NCBI GenBank assembly: GCA_964536135.1
Contig: CAZHVM010000001.1
Coordinates: forward strand, 29,268 to 93,267
Length of the DNA: 64,000 nucleotides
DNA from: an uncultured Candidatus Saccharibacteria bacterium
GTDB taxonomy: Bacteria; Patescibacteriota; Dojkabacteria; SC72
Reading direction: 5' to 3'
Below the pieces are notes generated by a model, which saw only the letters and a program-made list of their open reading frames with translations, was not told the DNA's origin and did no database searches. Positions 19,490 to 29,540 of this stretch are shown here, piece after piece. Each line of letters starts with the position of its first letter. Position 1 is the first letter of the stretch. The translations under genes and the position numbers were made by a program.

Positions 19490-20161
19490 TTATATCCCTA
19501 TTCGTATTTGTTCTCCATCTATTCCCAATATACCAAGGAAATCCTCTATCCCTGTAATTATGTCTGCACCCTGCTTTATTAAACTATTGCATCCCTTTGA
19601 ACTCTCTCTTGTAATATCTCCAGGGACAACAAAAACATCTCTTCCGTATTCAAGAGCAAGGTTTGCAGTAAGTAAAGATCCACTCTCTAAACCTCCCTCT
19701 ATGACAATTGTAGTGTCTGACATACCTGCCAATATTCTGTTTCTTATTGGGAACATCTCTTTCCTTGTTTGCGTTCCTTTGGGAAACTCCGCTGCCACAA
19801 TGCCTTTTTTACATATTTCATCATATATTCCCCTGTTTTGCTCTGGAAAGCCTTTGTCAATACCGCCTGCGATTACTGCTATTGTGCTAAGCCCTTTCTC
19901 CAAGCACATTCGGTGCACCTGGCTGTCTATACCAATTGCTAAACCACTCACAAAAGCTACATTTAATTCCTTTGGAACAAAGGAAAGCAGATATCTTACA
20001 ACCCATTTCCCGTATGTACTCATTGTTCTTGTTCCTACAATTGTAATAAGTCTTTTTGAGAGTATCTCTTTGTTCCCTTTACAGTACAAGACATTGGGAT
20101 ATCTATATATATTTCGAAGATCACTGGGATACTCTTTGTCGGATGCCTTTATGGTGTACAT
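19490..20161 (-). CDS. dprA: DNA-processing protein DprA (SMF core)
   Basis: IVGTR, VSGLA.GID, FP.RNRI.AG, SGSL.TA. Confidence 0.95.
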   Translation of the reverse strand: MYTIKASDKEYPSDLRNIYRYPNVLYCKGNKEILSKRLITIVGTRTMSTYGKWVVRYLLSFVPKELNVAFVSGLAIGIDSQVHRMCLEKGLSTIAVIAGGIDKGFPEQNRGIYDEICKKGIVAAEFPKGTQTRKEMFPIRNRILAGMSDTTIVIEGGLESGSLLTANLALEYGRDVFVVPGDITRESSKGCNSLIKQGADIITGIEDFLGILGIDGEQIRIGI

Positions 20162-20196
20162 AACCGAGATTATGTACCTAGATTGTTAAAAATATA

Positions 20197-22197
20197 TTAA
20201 ATCTTTCCCTCTTTAACCATCCACATAATCATGTTTTGCATAATGGCGACAGCATTGGAGCTATGCCCACCATCTTCAAGAAATACTGAGAAAGAGTACT
20301 TAGGCTTGTCATACGGGAAGAAACCACCTACCCATGCATGAGTATTTTCGTAAATTCCTTTGGAATTTACCTTTCCGAACTCTGCAGTACCCGTTTTAGC
20401 AGCCACGACTACCCCCACATTGGCCAACTGCCCCACAGACCTTTTCGGACCGTTCACAGCGGACCACATCCCCTCCTTAGTGGTATTAAAGGCCTCCTTG
20501 GACACCATGTTTTCCTCTAAAAGGTCAAATGTTAGAGTTTCTGTTTCTCCTTGCTCATCTCTAAAAGACTTTGCAACATGTGGAGTATGTAGTTTTCCCT
20601 CGGTAGCAAGAGCTGCCATCCAGTTGGACATCTGGATTGGTGTTACCAGAGTTATTCCCTGCCCAATTACAGAGTTACATGAGTCTCCCTCTGGATACCA
20701 CACAGACTCAAGCCATGGGCTTGTGGTCTCTGCTAAAAGCTTTTTATTGGCTGGAGAAGGAAGTCTACCCGGAGCTTCTCCTGGTACATCTATTCCCGTG
20801 TATTTTCCTATTCCAAACTTCTCTAAGTAAGGATCTAGCTTGTTAATATCCCAGTTTCTAATTAATTCACAAAAGAAAATGTTTGAAGATTGGGCTATAC
20901 CTCCGACAACATTAAGAGGACCATATGCATGATTTTCGAATTCTTGGAAAGGCGCACCATTGGAGAATTTGTATCCATATCTGCTTACGTAAATTGTGTT
21001 TTTAGTTATGGCACCAGCATCCAGTGCAGCAGGTGCAACTAGACTTTTAAAGGTGGAACCAGGAGGCATCTGAACAGATATAGCTCTATTAATGAGTGGA
21101 AGATTTTTGTCACCAAGAAGTTTGGAGTAATCTTTTGTTGAAATACCACCTACGAAGAGATTGTTGTCATAGCTTGGGTATGTAACCATCGCTATAATTT
21201 CGCCTGTCTCAACATCCTCTATGATACCCGCACCGCCTACAGCATCAGCTTTCTTAACACCACTCCTTAGGAAATCGTAGAATTTCTTCTGTATATCTAT
21301 ATCTATAGTTAGATACAAACTATCCCCCGATACAGCCTCTTTTATAACATATTCTTGGTTTGAGATAGACCTTCCAAGAGCATCAACCTCCATTGCTATT
21401 TCACCATTTTCACCTCTAAGCTGTTCGTCATACCATCTCTCTACACCACTTTTGCCAATTGTATCTGTCAGAGTAAAAGATTCCGAAGAAGACAAATCCT
21501 CATTTGTGATATCGCCAGTATATCCAATAATATGTGAGACTATATCCTTGTATGGATAGTATCTTTGACTATCATTATCTATATATATACCTATCAACAA
21601 CTCACTTTTTGACTTTATATCTATCGCTTTTTCATTACTTACATTCTCTGCAATCAATATGTCTGTAAAATATGGACTCTCCTTGTGAACAAAATAAATC
21701 TTTTCAAGAATACTACTGTATTCTCCACCAGCATAGGTCTTTTTCCATGCATCACCAAGTATACCCCCGAGGGTATTGATTGCGTTCTCTAAGGCCTCTG
21801 CCTTTATTGCCCCTCTCTCATCTAGATAATCTCCCATCTTAATGTACAAGTTCATAGACGGAACATTCTCAGCAAGTTTTTTACCATTCCGATCAAAGAT
21901 TGCACCTCGATAAGCAGTTTCAGTCTTTAACCTTATTTGGTTATCATTAGATTTTTTCAGCATTTCTTCTCCTTTCACTATCTGAAGTGCTGTTAAATTC
22001 CCTAGCAGAACAATGAAAAGTATGAAAAAAAGAAAAAAAACAAATATATAATTCCAAGGGCTACTCTTCTCAACAGTGGCAGGCTTAGAGAAGTATTTCT
22101 TAAGCGAAAAACTAAAAGGCTCTAAGCGCCCATTAGAGATCTTCTTTTTTCTTTTAGGGATACTACCTGCTATTTTCTTGGATAGTTTTAATTCCAT
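20197..22197 (-). CDS. mrdA: Penicillin-binding protein 2
   Basis: RG.I.DRNG, STFK, SSN and KTG motifs; downstream of mreBCD. Confidence 0.93.
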   Translation of the reverse strand: MELKLSKKIAGSIPKRKKKISNGRLEPFSFSLKKYFSKPATVEKSSPWNYIFVFFLFFILFIVLLGNLTALQIVKGEEMLKKSNDNQIRLKTETAYRGAIFDRNGKKLAENVPSMNLYIKMGDYLDERGAIKAEALENAINTLGGILGDAWKKTYAGGEYSSILEKIYFVHKESPYFTDILIAENVSNEKAIDIKSKSELLIGIYIDNDSQRYYPYKDIVSHIIGYTGDITNEDLSSSESFTLTDTIGKSGVERWYDEQLRGENGEIAMEVDALGRSISNQEYVIKEAVSGDSLYLTIDIDIQKKFYDFLRSGVKKADAVGGAGIIEDVETGEIIAMVTYPSYDNNLFVGGISTKDYSKLLGDKNLPLINRAISVQMPPGSTFKSLVAPAALDAGAITKNTIYVSRYGYKFSNGAPFQEFENHAYGPLNVVGGIAQSSNIFFCELIRNWDINKLDPYLEKFGIGKYTGIDVPGEAPGRLPSPANKKLLAETTSPWLESVWYPEGDSCNSVIGQGITLVTPIQMSNWMAALATEGKLHTPHVAKSFRDEQGETETLTFDLLEENMVSKEAFNTTKEGMWSAVNGPKRSVGQLANVGVVVAAKTGTAEFGKVNSKGIYENTHAWVGGFFPYDKPKYSFSVFLEDGGHSSNAVAIMQNMIMWMVKEGKI

Positions 22198-22691
22198 TTC
22201 TTACTTATCTTTATATTATTCTCCTTACCCCTAGTAAAACTAAGTAATATGTCCACTACATACAAAGCGACTGTGAGTAGCACAGACTTAACACCAGCTA
22301 CCAGAAGCATATTCCCTGTTAAAATTCCCAAATTACCACTAAGGAAAAGTGAGGGTAAAATCAAAATTAAAACAAAGTAAAATGTAATTGCGACAAATTT
22401 GATACCATACCCAATAGCTCCTTCGCTTATATTGAATATAAAAGAGCTTGCAAGCAAAAATAGCAATGGAATACCAACTAGAAGAATATCTATCCCAAGT
22501 GGATAGTGAAATACCACATCAGAAATTAGGGAATATATTACTAGGATTACTGTCAACCATTTAATATCTAACCTTCCCAAAAGCAAGAGAATTAATACAA
22601 AGAAAATTCTAATTCCTAAAGCACTATAAAGGAAACCCTCAGCAAAAAGAGCTCCAATTACCCCTATTGTTATATACAAAATTTTTAACAT
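22188..22691 (-). CDS. mreD: Probable rod shape-determining protein MreD
   Basis: 167-aa polytopic membrane protein between mreC and pbp2; called mainly on synteny. Confidence 0.7.
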   Translation of the reverse strand: MLKILYITIGVIGALFAEGFLYSALGIRIFFVLILLLLGRLDIKWLTVILVIYSLISDVVFHYPLGIDILLVGIPLLFLLASSFIFNISEGAIGYGIKFVAITFYFVLILILPSLFLSGNLGILTGNMLLVAGVKSVLLTVALYVVDILLSFTRGKENNIKISKKWN

Positions 22692-22702
22692 TCTTCTTTT
22701 CC

Positions 22703-23530
22703 TTAATTTATTCTTACAAAAACCTTACTTAAAGAGTCATAATCCACTATTGTAGACACAAAGCATGTTCTCGAAATACTTGCAGGATTACTTGAAAGGC
22801 CAACTACATAACCCAAGACTAACATATCTCCTACTGAAGAGTCATTTACAAAGATTATGTCTCCATCACTTATATCTGAATTCATCGTTATATTCTCAAC
22901 CTTTATACCCTCTACTGAGCCATTCATAACACCACGGCTTACTACTTTATTTTTAAGATATCCATCTAGTTCCTTTTCTCCATCATATTTAAGAATACTT
23001 ACACCAAGATATGAATCGTTGCTTGTTGGAAGCTTAATACGAGAGCCAAGCTCATCTGCATACTCCACTATACCTACAAAAAAATTACCAATTACTGCTA
23101 CATCTCCTATTTGAATCCCTGATTTTGTTCCTTCGTCTATTCTTAAGTAATCAATACCGTCATTTTTCAAAACATTTCCCATTACATACTCTCTCTCCTT
23201 GTTTTTTAGACCTAATTGTTTTTTCAATAGCTCGTTTTCTGCCAAAATCTCTAAGTAAGAGGCATCCCCTATCTCGTTTTCTACTATTTGTATCTTTAAT
23301 CTTTCGTTTTCCTCTACTATATTTTTTAAACTGACAAAGTTTTTAAAATAAGAAGATATTCCTTTTCCCAAATTCTCACCTGTCATAAAAATTGGTTCCA
23401 TACTGTAAGAGATTGGATATCTAATGAAATTGGTAACATTTGCCTTATCTAAAATAAGTAGAATTCCACCAAATAATATTACAATTATGGAAAAAATTAG
23501 CTCTTTTTTAAAACTACCCTGAGCATTCAT
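22703..23530 (-). CDS. mreC: Rod shape-determining protein MreC
   Basis: TM, coiled coil (EENERLK..ENELLKKQL), ID.G...GI..GD beta domain. Confidence 0.9.
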   Translation of the reverse strand: MNAQGSFKKELIFSIIVILFGGILLILDKANVTNFIRYPISYSMEPIFMTGENLGKGISSYFKNFVSLKNIVEENERLKIQIVENEIGDASYLEILAENELLKKQLGLKNKEREYVMGNVLKNDGIDYLRIDEGTKSGIQIGDVAVIGNFFVGIVEYADELGSRIKLPTSNDSYLGVSILKYDGEKELDGYLKNKVVSRGVMNGSVEGIKVENITMNSDISDGDIIFVNDSSVGDMLVLGYVVGLSSNPASISRTCFVSTIVDYDSLSKVFVRIN

Positions 23531-23546
23531 TTCTTAAGAGATAATG

Positions 23547-24602
23547 TTAAACAAGCTCTTCCCAAGATTTTTGTATTCTCTCCAACAATTCTATATGGTC
23601 AAGCATTAAAGCTGTTCCTCTAGCTACAGCAGAAAGTGGATCATCTACAATTTTAACTGGAAGATTCAATTCCTGGGAGAAGTATGTATCAATTCCTTTT
23701 ATTAAAGCACCACCACCTGCAAGACGAAGCCCTGATGCAAGTAAATCTTTAAGAAGTTCTGGTGGAGTATCTTCGATTGCGTCTTTTACTCCATCACATA
23801 TCTGGGATATGGAAGACATAATTGCTTCTCTAACCTCAATACTACTTAGTTCTACTGTTCTTGGTAATCCAGTTAGAAGGTCTCTGCCCTGGACACTCAT
23901 CTTTGTTTCTTTTCTTTGGGGTACTGCACTTCCTATGGAGATTTTTACATCCTCAGCACTTCGCTCCCCTATTAATACATTGTATTTCTCTCGAACATAG
24001 TTAATAACGTCCTGGTCCATTTCATCACCTGCAATTCTCATTGTATTATCTACAACAATATCTCCGAGAGAAAAGACTGCAATGTCTGAGGTGCCTCCAC
24101 CGATATCTACAATCATGCTTCCTGAGGCATCTTCTACTGGAAGTCCAGCCCCAATAGCTGCTGCCATAGCCTCTTCGACAATGAATACCTCTCTTGCTCC
24201 CGCCGTTTTTGCAGCATCAAGTACCGCCTGTCTTTCGACTTCGGTTACAGAGGTAGGGACACCAATAATGACTCTTGGTCTTGGAAGTTTAAAGCTTTTA
24301 CCAAAATATCCATGTGCTCTGTGTATGAAATGATGAATCATAGCTTGGGTAGTATCAAAATCAGAAATTACTCCATCTCGTAAAGGTCGCACAGCAGAGA
24401 TATTCGCTGGAGTTCTACCAATCATCTGTCTTGCATCTTTTCCTACAGCAAGGACCATTTTAGTCCTTTTATCTATAGCTACAACGGAAGGCTCGGATAC
24501 AACAATGCCATGGTTTCTCATATATACCATCGTATTTGCCGTTCCTAAATCTATACCTAAATCATAGGTAAAAAATTCTAGTATGGAATTTATCAATTTC
24601 AT
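23547..24602 (-). CDS. mreB: Rod shape-determining protein MreB
   Basis: GIDLGTANT, EPSVVA, DIGGGT, GGGAL. Confidence 0.97.
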   Translation of the reverse strand: MKLINSILEFFTYDLGIDLGTANTMVYMRNHGIVVSEPSVVAIDKRTKMVLAVGKDARQMIGRTPANISAVRPLRDGVISDFDTTQAMIHHFIHRAHGYFGKSFKLPRPRVIIGVPTSVTEVERQAVLDAAKTAGAREVFIVEEAMAAAIGAGLPVEDASGSMIVDIGGGTSDIAVFSLGDIVVDNTMRIAGDEMDQDVINYVREKYNVLIGERSAEDVKISIGSAVPQRKETKMSVQGRDLLTGLPRTVELSSIEVREAIMSSISQICDGVKDAIEDTPPELLKDLLASGLRLAGGGALIKGIDTYFSQELNLPVKIVDDPLSAVARGTALMLDHIELLERIQKSWEELV

Positions 24603-24659
24603 AGCACAATTCTATCACTTAAAAGGATACAAAACGAGTATTGGGAACAAAAAGGGAGC

Positions 24660-24878
24660 TTACTTTTCTAAAGAATCTTTTCTAAGCTTTTTGTAACACT
24701 TCATACAAACAGAAGCTTTTACTACTGCGCCATCGATCTCTATATCTACTTTTCTTAGATTAGGTTCGAATATTCTTTTTGACTTTGGTGCTTTGTATCT
24801 CCAGCCCACAGAATGTTTGTGTTGGATACGATTACCAGCCATTGTTGTTTTTCCGCAAATGTTGCAAATCTTTGACAT
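24660..24878 (-). CDS. rpmB: 50S ribosomal protein L28
   Basis: MSKICNICGK..GN...KR.F.PNL...CMKC; start at ATG 24878. Confidence 0.93.
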   Translation of the reverse strand: MSKICNICGKTTMAGNRIQHKHSVGWRYKAPKSKRIFEPNLRKVDIEIDGAVVKASVCMKCYKKLRKDSLEK

Positions 24879-24942
24879 AACGGTGGTATTATATTCTAAT
24901 CTTTGGCATATTGTCAAAGATTTAGAACTGATATAATAAGAC

Positions 24943-25563
24943 ATGATAACAACAGAAACATTGTATTGGCTTTTATTCGCTATTCCCTCGATATTAATAG
25001 CTTCTACTGTACATGAATACGCACACGGATTGGCTGCTTACAAGCTTGGAGATCCCACAGCCAAAGCGTACGGAAGACTTACACTTAACCCTCTTAAACA
25101 CATTGATCCCATAGGAGCACTCTCCATGGTTCTTTTTAGATTTGGATGGAGTAAGCCCGTACCAATAAATGAATATAATTTCGAGAAAAGAGAGCTTGGA
25201 ACTGCAATAGTTTCTTTTGCTGGACCTCTTTCAAATCTCATACTAGCAGCAATTTTTGGCTCTATTAATCTAATTTTCCACCCAGATCTTGGGAGTATTT
25301 TCGGGATATTTCTTTTTACATTTACACTAATAAACATATCCTTAGCTATTTTTAATCTAATCCCTATCCCACCATTGGATGGACATAAGATTGTAAGAGC
25401 ATTTCTTCCAAAGAAAATAAGATACTACTGGGAAAAGATGGAAAAGTTCTCATTTCTGTTCATTTTGCTCCTAATTATCCCTTTCTCCCCTATAGGCAAA
25501 TTTGTTCTAGGAGGGATTTCTAGTATCCTAGCGCGATTATTAGCCCTTTTTGGGTTCCTCTAG
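24943..25563 (+). CDS. Site-2 protease family (M50) protein
   Basis: HEYAH, GD.TA..GRLTLNP, FNLIPIPPLDG. Confidence 0.93.
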   Translation: MITTETLYWLLFAIPSILIASTVHEYAHGLAAYKLGDPTAKAYGRLTLNPLKHIDPIGALSMVLFRFGWSKPVPINEYNFEKRELGTAIVSFAGPLSNLILAAIFGSINLIFHPDLGSIFGIFLFTFTLINISLAIFNLIPIPPLDGHKIVRAFLPKKIRYYWEKMEKFSFLFILLLIIPFSPIGKFVLGGISSILARLLALFGFL

Positions 25564-25622
25564 TGACCCCATTACAGGCCTTTTTTTATTTGTTCCCAAT
25601 ATGAAAATATCGTAAAATATAT

Positions 25623-25760
25623 ATGCCCTAGTAGGAATAAAAGGATTCATAGCTCTATATTCAAGAGCTCGGGATTCCAACTATCGCTTAGCTCCGTGGA
25701 GTTAAGTTGAGGAAACCCAACTGTATTACTGAGCTCTATGACTCCATCTTACTGGGGCGT
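25623..25760 (+). ncRNA. Rod-shaped structured ncRNA candidate (6S-like?)
   Basis: 14-bp terminal helix ATGCCCTAGTAGGA/TCTTACTGGGGCGT with nested helices; upstream TTGTTC-N17-TAAAAT, T-run downstream. Confidence 0.55.
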
Positions 25761-25813
25761 TTTTCCCTTGTATATTGACTATAATTCCCATATATATTAA
25801 ACTTCTCTCAGTT

Positions 25814-25890
25814 GCCGAAGTAGCTCAGTTGGTCAGAGCAACTGTTTTGTAAACAGTAGGTCGAGAGTTCGAATCTCTCCTTCGGCTCCA
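25814..25890 (+). tRNA. tRNA-Thr(TGT)
   Basis: Cloverleaf, ACTGT-TT-TGT-AA-ACAGT, GTTCGAATC, encoded CCA. Confidence 0.97.
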
Positions 25891-25895
25891 GGTAT

Positions 25896-25978
25896 GCAGA
25901 GGTGGCGGAGCGGTCAAACGCATTGGACTGTAAATCCAACTCCTTCGGGATACACAGGTTCAAATCCTGTCCTCTGCA
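25896..25978 (+). tRNA. tRNA-Tyr(GTA)
   Basis: TTGGA-CT-GTA-AA-TCCAA, long variable arm, GGTTCAAATCC; no encoded CCA. Confidence 0.96.
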
Positions 25979-26055
25979 TATACCTAAATCTCCTTCTTGC
26001 TTTAATGCAAATAATGTTTAAAATGTATGTATATATAAATTAGATATATTTTTAC

Positions 26056-26769
26056 ATGTCTACACTATTACCTGTCATTTTTGCGATTCTTTCAATTCTA
26101 GGTAGCTTGTTAGTTGTAGGAGGTGTTGTTTACGCGATAATATTTTTTACCAAGAAGAAAAAAGATGAAAAATTCTCTCTTTCTGTAGACTTACTCCTAA
26201 AAATTTATCTTTATGTTATATCCATAGCAACACTCGCTATCGCTGTTATAGGAGGGACAATGCTTTTAAGAGCAGGCTCTTCCTACGCTTTTGGAATACC
26301 CTTTGCCTATGAGACATACAAACCAAACGAACTAATGGATATTGAGGTTAAAGAACCAAACGCCAATACTCCAGAATGTTACGAGGGAGAGAAAACACAG
26401 ATTAATGGACAGACTGTTTGTTTTGATAACGAGAAAGTTAAGCAAGAATTAATAAATGGAGGAACTATTTTCTTCTCAATGGTAATTCTTTTCACCATAC
26501 ATATGATTGGGATTAAGATGATAGAAAAGAAGAATGTTACAGAGTGGTTAAAAAAAACTTATACCTTTTTATCTTTAATTTTGTATAGCTTGGTAGGTAT
26601 AGTAACAATACCTATAGCAATATATCAACTATCTACTCACCTACTCTACAGAACCGAAGATATTACTAAATACGAGGCTCCAGCAACTGCCATTGCAATA
26701 CTGATACTTGTATTACCACTTTGGATCTATTATTTATTAAAAACAACTAAGCTACGAAATAAGAATTAG
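26056..26769 (+). CDS. Membrane protein, DUF5671-like
   Basis: Five TM segments with K.YLY.IS and PLW.YY patterns. Confidence 0.55.
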   Translation: MSTLLPVIFAILSILGSLLVVGGVVYAIIFFTKKKKDEKFSLSVDLLLKIYLYVISIATLAIAVIGGTMLLRAGSSYAFGIPFAYETYKPNELMDIEVKEPNANTPECYEGEKTQINGQTVCFDNEKVKQELINGGTIFFSMVILFTIHMIGIKMIEKKNVTEWLKKTYTFLSLILYSLVGIVTIPIAIYQLSTHLLYRTEDITKYEAPATAIAILILVLPLWIYYLLKTTKLRNKN

Positions 26770-26790
26770 ATATTGTATAATTGCCCTGTT

Positions 26791-26867
26791 GCTGGATTAG
26801 CTCAGTTGGTTAGAGCACATTCATGGTAAGAATGAGGTCCTGAGTTCGACTCTCAGATCCAGCTCCA
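26791..26867 (+). tRNA. tRNA-Thr(GGT)
   Basis: CATTC-AT-GGT-AA-GAATG, GTTCGACTC, CCA end. Confidence 0.96.
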
Positions 26868-28076
26868 TTATCTCTTCTCCCTGATTAAATCTCTGTAGAA
26901 ATACCCGCTCTTTTTAATTTTTCTCTTTTTCGTTACTGGATCTACCTCAACTAATCCAAATTTGGGCCAAAAACCACTATCCCATTCGAAGTTATCTAAC
27001 AAAGACCAATATGTATATCCCCTTATATCAACACCCTCACTCAACAACCTTTGTAGACAATCAACTGTTTCCTTTATCCACCATTGCCTATATTTGTCTT
27101 TCTCGTCTGCCAATCCATTCTCAGTGATTATTATCGGAATTTTGTATCTTCCGTATATCTCCAAAAGCAAATCATATATAGAAGACGGCTTCATATACCA
27201 ATTCATATCAGAAAACAATCCTTCTTTATGCTTCATAAAAAGCAACTTAGGCTCTAAGTGCATATAATAATTAATACCCAGGAAATCTACGTACTCCCTT
27301 ACCTTATCTAAATAGGAATAAATCATATATCTCTTAAACAACTTGATGAAAGGTTTGAATAAGAAAACATCGCTTTTTAGATAGAAACAATTCTTTGCAA
27401 TGGAGATCTGGTACTCTGGATTCTTTGCTTTTAGTAATTCGTACGCTTTTTTATGTATCTCTACAAAGGTGTGCAGGAAAAGTTTGTTAAATTTAAAAAA
27501 ACTATATTTCTGAGGGGGCCATTTGCCAATTAAATGTGATGCCGCAAATGATTCTGGTTCATTTACTGTAATCCAGTATTTAACATACTTCCCAAGTTTA
27601 TCAGAAACATAATCTACATATTTAAGATATCTCTCAACAAATACCTTGGAAAGCACCCCACCCTTCTTCTCCAACCATACAGGTATAGTCCAATGCCAAA
27701 GTGTTAACATAGGTTCAATACCGTTTTTCTTTAATTCTTCTAGGATATTAATATAGTATGAAATTCCTTCTTCACTGAAGTTATCCTCAGAGGGTTCCAT
27801 CCTTGACCATTCCACTGAGAATCTGTATATGTTTAACCCCATCTCCTTTAAAGATGCTATATCCCCTCTCCAATGGTTGAAACTATCGCAGGAAAGATAT
27901 GAGTTTGATTCAAAATTCTCTTTTGTAAGACCTTTTCTTTTACTTTTTTTTAATAAATGTTCCGACTTCTTCTCCTCCCATTCTGTCCAGTTATTCTCTA
28001 AACCGCCCTCTATCTGATGACTTGCAGTAGCAGCTCCCCACAGAAAATCTTTCGGAAAAGTTTTTGAATTATTCAT
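26868..28076 (-). CDS. Glycoside hydrolase family 1 (beta-glucosidase-like)
   Basis: FP..FLWGAATASHQIEG, TVNEP acid/base, ITENG nucleophile, DNFEW. Confidence 0.95.
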   Translation of the reverse strand: MNNSKTFPKDFLWGAATASHQIEGGLENNWTEWEEKKSEHLLKKSKRKGLTKENFESNSYLSCDSFNHWRGDIASLKEMGLNIYRFSVEWSRMEPSEDNFSEEGISYYINILEELKKNGIEPMLTLWHWTIPVWLEKKGGVLSKVFVERYLKYVDYVSDKLGKYVKYWITVNEPESFAASHLIGKWPPQKYSFFKFNKLFLHTFVEIHKKAYELLKAKNPEYQISIAKNCFYLKSDVFLFKPFIKLFKRYMIYSYLDKVREYVDFLGINYYMHLEPKLLFMKHKEGLFSDMNWYMKPSSIYDLLLEIYGRYKIPIIITENGLADEKDKYRQWWIKETVDCLQRLLSEGVDIRGYTYWSLLDNFEWDSGFWPKFGLVEVDPVTKKRKIKKSGYFYRDLIREKR

Positions 28077-28161
28077 ATACAAGAAGTATACAATATATTT
28101 CTCTACCAAGGGGTATATATGTTAAACATTTCATACACCCCTTGGTGCTACAGAGAAAAGG

Positions 28162-28371
28162 TCAATCATTTCCTATTCCAGTAAACAACTCTCTCCAGAA
28201 AGACTCCCTACGCATTTTTCTTACTTCTCTTTCTGCCCATCCTTCTTCTTTTTTTCTCTTTTGGCTTTCAAAAAAATCAATAACAGAACATACTGCCAAA
28301 GCTATTGAGAAAAGGATTACAAAACAAAACGCTAAAACTAGATCTATGAAAGAATTCCATGCCTTTCCCAT
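28162..28371 (-). CDS. Small single-TM orphan protein (69 aa)
   Basis: Purine-rich SD (GAAGGGAGAGGG) before ATG, TGATATAAT promoter upstream, N-terminal TM and charged tail. Confidence 0.6.
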   Translation of the reverse strand: MGKAWNSFIDLVLAFCFVILFSIALAVCSVIDFFESQKRKKEEGWAEREVRKMRRESFWRELFTGIGND

Positions 28372-28510
28372 TTCCCTCTCCCTTCTATTTTCTCTGTATA
28401 AAAAGAGCTAGATTTCATTATATCAAACTATTTGACCTTACCCATAATTTCCCATATAATACGCAGTATATTTCCCAATATAGCATTTTTAATTTTGATT
28501 TCCGAGGGAT

Positions 28511-28675
28511 ATGGCAAAAGTAAAAAGAGATATCATAGCTTTGAAATGTACAGTCTGTAACGAAAAAAACTATACAGATTACAAAACTAAGAATATTAAG
28601 GAAAAAATTGAATTAAAAAAGTATTGCTCTAAGTGCCAAAAGCACACAAGCCATAAAGAAACTAAGGTTAAATAA
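28511..28675 (+). CDS. rpmG: 50S ribosomal protein L33
   Basis: Not in the ORF track; translates as MAKVKRDIIALKCTVCNEKNY...ELKKYCSKCQKHTSHKETKVK. Confidence 0.95.
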   Translation: MAKVKRDIIALKCTVCNEKNYTDYKTKNIKEKIELKKYCSKCQKHTSHKETKVK

Positions 28676-28694
28676 TAGCTCTTTTAACTAACTA

Positions 28695-28771
28695 GGGCCC
28701 ATAGTTTCAATTGGTTAAAACCGCGGTCTCCAAAACCGCTATTCCCTGTTCGAATCAGGGTGGGCCTGCCA
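28695..28771 (+). tRNA. tRNA-Trp(CCA)
   Basis: GCGGT-CT-CCA-AA-ACCGC, GTTCGAATC, CCA end; between rpmG and secE. Confidence 0.96.
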
Positions 28772-28784
28772 AAGTATAAACAAA

Positions 28785-28958
28785 ATGAAAATATTAAAGA
28801 ATATATTAACAGAACTAAAGAAAAGTAAGTGGCCAAAAGGCAAAGAATTGCTGGTTCTTTCAATATATGCTCTAGTATTATGTGGTATAATCACCGCTAT
28901 TATATTAGGCCTAGATCTTGTGTTCTACAAGGCTAGAGAGTGGTTCCTTAATCTTTAA
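28785..28958 (+). CDS. secE: Preprotein translocase subunit SecE
   Basis: Not in the ORF track; ELKKSKWP plus one TM and LD motif, upstream of nusG. Confidence 0.92.
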   Translation: MKILKNILTELKKSKWPKGKELLVLSIYALVLCGIITAIILGLDLVFYKAREWFLNL

Positions 28959-28968
28959 TTAAGAAAAA

Positions 28969-29526
28969 ATGGCTAAAGAAGAAGTTAAAACAAAAGAGAA
29001 TCCAAATGCAAAGTGGTATGTCCTAAATATTAGGACTGGATACGAGAATAGTATTCAAAAAGAACTCAAACAGAGGATTGAAGCTACAGGTATGGAAGAC
29101 AAGATTGTAGATATCCTAATCCCTGTACAGAAGAAAATCTTTGTTAAAAAAGGTAAACAGGATGTAAAAGAGGAGAAGATATTCCCTGGATATGTCCTCA
29201 TAAAGATGGAACTAGACAACAGAACATGGGATTTGGTTAAGAATACAGAGGGTGTAAGAGGTTTCGTTAAGACAGATAGATACCCAAGACCCCTACCAGA
29301 TTCAGAGGTAAGAGCAATTACAAAGTTCATGGAAGTAGAACAGCCTTCATTCCAGAATTCATTCAGCGTTGGAGAAGCAGTAAAGATTGTTGATGGTGCA
29401 TTCGCAGATTTCATTGGAAGTGTTCAGGACGTAGATACTGAAAAGGGTAAGATAAAAGTCCTCATATCTTTCCTTGGAAGAGAAGCTCCTGTTGAATTAG
29501 ACCTAACACAAGTAAGTAAACTTTAG
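28969..29526 (+). CDS. nusG: Transcription factor NusG
   Basis: KWYVL, FPGYVL and KOW domain. Confidence 0.97.
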   Translation: MAKEEVKTKENPNAKWYVLNIRTGYENSIQKELKQRIEATGMEDKIVDILIPVQKKIFVKKGKQDVKEEKIFPGYVLIKMELDNRTWDLVKNTEGVRGFVKTDRYPRPLPDSEVRAITKFMEVEQPSFQNSFSVGEAVKIVDGAFADFIGSVQDVDTEKGKIKVLISFLGREAPVELDLTQVSKL

Positions 29527-29540
29527 TTAAATATATACAT

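Noticed and set aside
19479-20189. 236-aa plus-strand ORF and similar long antisense ORFs (5908, 10078, 15823, 16666, 17228, 19025)
   Set aside because: They are antisense shadows of well-supported genes, with Ser/Ile/Phe-rich composition and no motifs.
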